From NCBI GenBank assembly GCA_038087875.1, contig CM075995.1, positions 11,038,001 through 11,102,000 of the forward strand: 64,000 nt of DNA, read 5' to 3'. The translations under genes and the position numbers were made by a program. Below are positions 61,501 through 64,000 of this stretch, in pieces. Numbering within the stretch: the first letter of the stretch is position 1; every line of letters begins with the position of its first letter. Below the pieces are notes generated by a model, which saw only the letters and a program-made list of their open reading frames with translations, searched no databases and was not told where the DNA came from. The DNA comes from Malacoraja senta. Taxonomy: Eukaryota.

Positions 61501-62198
61501 TAGATGAGGCTCGCACCAGGGTCTCTGCCATACCCCGCAACACTGCTCTCTCTCCCCATCCCCCCACTCACAACAAAGGCAGAGTCCCCCTAGTCCTCAC
61601 CTTTCACCCCACCAGCCTTCACATACAACAAGTGATCCTCCGTCAGTTTCGCCACCTCCAACGTGACCCCACCACTCGCCACATCTTCCCATCTCCCCCT
61701 ATGTCTGCCTTCCGCAAAGACCGCTCCCTCCGTAACTCCCTTGTCAATTCTTCCCTTCCATCCCATACCACCCCCTCCCCTGGTACTTTCCCTTGCAACC
61801 GCAAGAGATGCAACACTTGTCCCTTCACTTCCCCCCTCCACTCCATTTCAGGACCCAAGCAGTCGTTCCAGGTGCGACAGAGGTTCACCTGCATCTCCTC
61901 CAACCTCATCTATTGCATTCGCTGCTCTAGATGCCAGCTGATCTACATCGGTGAGACCAAGCGGAGGCTTGGCGATCGTTTCGCCGAACACCTCCGGTCG
62001 GTCCGCAATAACCAACCTGAACTCCCGGTGGCTCAGCACTTCAACTCCCCCTCCCATTCCGTATCTGACCTCTCTGTCCTGGGTCTCCTCCATGGCCACA
62101 GCGAGCAACACCGTAAATTGGAGGAAATGCACCTCATATTCCGCTTGGGCAGTCTACATCCTGGTGGCCTGAACGTTGAATTCTCCCAATTCTGCTAG
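58560..62198 (+). CDS. Penelope polyprotein: N-terminal domain, Pro-rich linker, RT, Cys linker, GIY-YIG endonuclease (1212 aa, intact)
   Basis: KPADKGG, LPKIHK, GRPIVS, MDVQSLYTSI, GVAMGT, RYIDD, CNRKRCNTC, LIYCIRCSRCQLIYIGET...RFAEH...GLN. Confidence 0.95.
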   Translation: MPTLKKFSSSLRRLFHTQLANCPISVIPPALQLYDHILTQTRYHSHICFLGACLRLHLIPHGFQLQFPTSQFGPQPDYRYRLAIYRHTQQFSTRALRSTLTAMRRHQQDLALTLPELRASLTQTCNGPQLYFIRRKIHLFNKRFLAHLNSTKDLKLARLQAAPAADSRRLDRPLAPGPNTGPHRLPRSRDAILSTGSDSSTHQDAILSTGSASSTHQEVALTDLHVDAAADLHLPTDDAQARRFYGNSDFLPLADSSEPRRPPGPPSIAAGPGPSSIAAGPGPLYTAAGPGIHELGRRTAPYSPRRLTGLVEPRRPTDHPPTGTSHASPVDPDSTAHLPRPSGPPTLATATPYSPTDPDYTAHGPRPSGPLTLATAPPSSSPQPSPYLQTGLCTGPEASTLFTPTLLGLTPLGPSASLPNPGYLSGSSTDSSPSLSNYGTTSLPHPHHCPLTPPPPDHPPPPHHTSPRPHYTHLPSSGPNPHPCRVFTIPPDLPLSDIERSVLSRGLTFVPLRPHLNEFRALHDLECFYRRLRLTAHFHGKQSSLPTDDPFSRLQRTPSSWNPPRSLPALELFIKNCRRDIHRLNFSTPLSHSNLSPLERTAIDSLRNNLDWVIKPADKGGAMVVWRVDLYKAEATRQLSDTSSYLPLDYDPTDEHQATISSTITNFIHSHALPERASNLIVPQPRTARFYLLPKIHKPDCPGRPIVSACSCPTELISTYLDSILSPLVKSLPTYVQDTSDTLRHFRAFHSLGPHPLIFTMDVQSLYTSIPHQDGLKALRFFLDRRSNLYPATDTLLRLAELVLTLNNFSFDSSHFLQLQGVAMGTRMGPSYACLFVGYVEQSLFNAYQGPIPDLYLRYIDDCFGATSCTHTQLTDFIRFTTNFHPALKYTWTISDTSLPFLDLTISIAGDRLLTDIHYKPTDSHGYLDYTSSHPASCKDSIPHSQFLRLRRICSQDEAFHTRASEMSSFFRERGFPSSTIDEARTRVSAIPRNTALSPHPPTHNKGRVPLVLTFHPTSLHIQQVILRQFRHLQRDPTTRHIFPSPPMSAFRKDRSLRNSLVNSSLPSHTTPSPGTFPCNRKRCNTCPFTSPLHSISGPKQSFQVRQRFTCISSNLIYCIRCSRCQLIYIGETKRRLGDRFAEHLRSVRNNQPELPVAQHFNSPSHSVSDLSVLGLLHGHSEQHRKLEEMHLIFRLGSLHPGGLNVEFSQFC

Positions 62199-62309
62199 CC
62201 CTGGCTGTCCCCTCCCCTTCATCAGCCATCTGGTTGTCTCCTCCCCTCCCCCAGCCCTCGGGCTCCTCCTCCTCCTTTTCCTTTTTTCCTTTCTTCTCCC
62301 CACCCCCTA

Positions 62310-62346
62310 TCAGTCTGAAGAAGGGTTTCGGCCCGAAACGTTACCT
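62310..62346 (+). ncRNA. Minimal hammerhead ribozyme motif (3' repeat)
   Basis: Identical to 58392-58428, 3918 nt downstream. Confidence 0.75.
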
Positions 62347-62894
62347 ATTTCCTTCGCTCCATAGATGCTGCTGCACCCGCTGAGTTTCTCCAGCATTTTT
62401 GTGTACCTTTGTTCTATTTGATCTTCCGTTTGTGCACGTCGAATTGATTGCATTAGTCGAAACAGAGCGGGCCACGTGAAGGTTGCAATCTTCCACCCCG
62501 GGAAGGTAACGGTATCTTGCTTTAGTTTCTGACGACCAGATTACTAACCGCAATCCCCATGTTCGATCCCACCCGAGAGTTGAGGATCTGCTGATCGGAT
62601 TATTATTCTGAACACGTCACAGAGTCTTGTTTGATAATACTCAAGGGCAGAATTGATGGCTTGCCTCTCTGTTGGAAGAACATGTTCCGATGATATTTAG
62701 ACGAAAGTAATACTTCCAGACCGGCGTTCATTTGCAAAGATTGTTACTGTTGTCTCATTTTCCAATTGTTTGTCTCATTTTCCAATTCATTCCATTATCT
62801 GAAGAAGATCTTCTTTTGCAGCAGGTTCGTCTTTTGTGCCCATCACGGTAACATCACACGGCAAACGCCAGTGTGATGTTACTAGATGTGATGA

Positions 62895-63815
62895 TAGGCA
62901 CAAAATGCTGGATTAACTCAGCGGGACAGGCAGCATTTCTGGACAGAAGAAATAGGTGACGTTTCGGGTCGAGATCCTTCTTCAGACTGTTAAAGAAGGA
63001 ACTGCAGATGCTGGAAAAATCGAAGGTACACAGAAATGCTGGAGAAACTCAGCGGGTGCAGCAGACTGATGTCAGGGGAATGGGCGGGACAAAGATAGAA
63101 TGTAGTCGCGATGGGAGAACTGGGACCAAGGACAAAGGACATTTATTGTCACATACGCCAAAGGTGCAGTGAAATTTGAGTTACCATGCAGCACACAAAT
63201 AAGATAAACACAACACTGTAGAATTTAACATAAAACATAAAAACATCACCCACAGCGGAATCAACGTTTCCCACTGTGAGGGAAGGCAACAAATTTCAGT
63301 CCTCTTCCTCATGTTCACCCGTGGTCGGGGCCTATTGAGGAAGGGGAGGGGATCGTGAGAGGGGGAAAGCAAGGGCTATTTGAAGTTAGAGAAGTAAATG
63401 TTCATACCACTGGGGTGTAAGCTACCTAAACGAAATATGAGGTGCCGTTCCTCCAATTTGCGCTGGGCCTCACTGACAATGGAGGAGGCCCAGGAGAGAA
63501 AGGTCAGATTGAATGGGAGGGGGAGTTAAAGTGCTGATCAACCAAGAGATCGGCTAGGTTAATGTAAATGACCCAGTCATTCTCACACACGTGGTACAAC
63601 AGTATTTATTGAAAGGCATTTGCAATACAATGCAGCATGTTGCTTCTGCTGTGTAGCGGCAATGGACTGACAGCACTAGTTGCGTTACGATAATATGAAC
63701 AGTGAAGTAGGCGGAGCTTCTAATAATAAAGCACTACCTTGGTTAGTATGAAGTAACCAATCTAAAGTTAACGCGGACTGAACGGAGGTGTTCAGCGAAA
63801 AGATCGCCGAGCCTG
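62895..63815 (-). mobile_element. Older Penelope-like 3' fragment with several insertions
   Basis: Minus strand RLGDLFAEHLRSVR...HFNSP...HLIFRLGSLHP; hammerhead-like motif at 62955-62989. Confidence 0.8.
63563..63766 (-). mobile_element. Solo LTR (Gypsy-like, 204 bp)
   Basis: TSD GTTAA (63558-63562 / 63767-63771); ends TGTAAA...ATCTAAA resemble the LTR at 13453-13656; AATAAA on the minus strand. Confidence 0.75.
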
Positions 63816-64000
63816 AGCATAGTCCAATTTCTGACAGAATGCGGTTTGATGTGTTTACTCCGATGACACCATGTGAATAACACCTATCAGGATTAACGGA
63901 TTTAAACGTACGCAGGCCACCGCTTAGATGTTGCGTTTTACCCATTGTGTGAAGTGCGGGTGATATCACTGAAATGACCGATATTCCGATAGTTATCTGT

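Larger units (their letters stand above)
57766..62409 (+). mobile_element. Penelope-like element (Neptune-type), partial-tandem/pseudo-LTR structure
   Basis: 726-bp direct repeats 57766-58491 / 61684-62409 around an intact ORF; probable TSD TTGTTCT. Confidence 0.95.

Noticed and set aside
62525..62580. Possible tRNA relic (GTTCGATCCCACCC)
   Set aside because: Only a B-box-like word; no cloverleaf can be supported
63685..63969. Possible env-like or host ORF
   Set aside because: Spans a solo LTR, a Penelope fragment and flanking DNA, so it is a composite chance frame

Overview
Eukaryotic, gene-free, transposon-saturated window. It is most likely cartilaginous fish (skate/ray-type), inferred from HER1-like CR1 LINEs and an HE1/V-SINE. 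I see no host protein-coding exon, rRNA or CRISPR array. Nearly all long ORFs belong to mobile elements: an internally deleted ERV, two DIRS (tyrosine-recombinase) retrotransposons, a Gypsy element, four L1 pieces, many CR1 copies, L2, Rex/Babar, a hAT remnant, a probable Helitron end carrying a C/T-rich minisatellite, and Penelope-like elements (PLEs). The best candidate for a live system is a Neptune-type PLE at 57766-62409. It has an intact 1212-aa RT/GIY-YIG ORF bracketed by two identical minimal hammerhead-ribozyme motifs, and the window also holds small derivatives of the same family. The first 20 kb is a nest that can be reconstructed from junctions: CR1 < L1 < (DIRS + Gypsy), and CR1 < DIRS < ERV. 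Other notable structures are an L1-CR1 chimera inside a 16-bp TSD, an 87-bp TSD, a CR1 preceded by tandem 76-79-bp monomers, a ~965-bp recombination-type tandem duplication, a nested palindrome and tRNA relics. All element classes are known, and I cannot claim a new biological system from sequence alone. Family labels A/B/C are my own. Boundaries of decayed elements are approximate.
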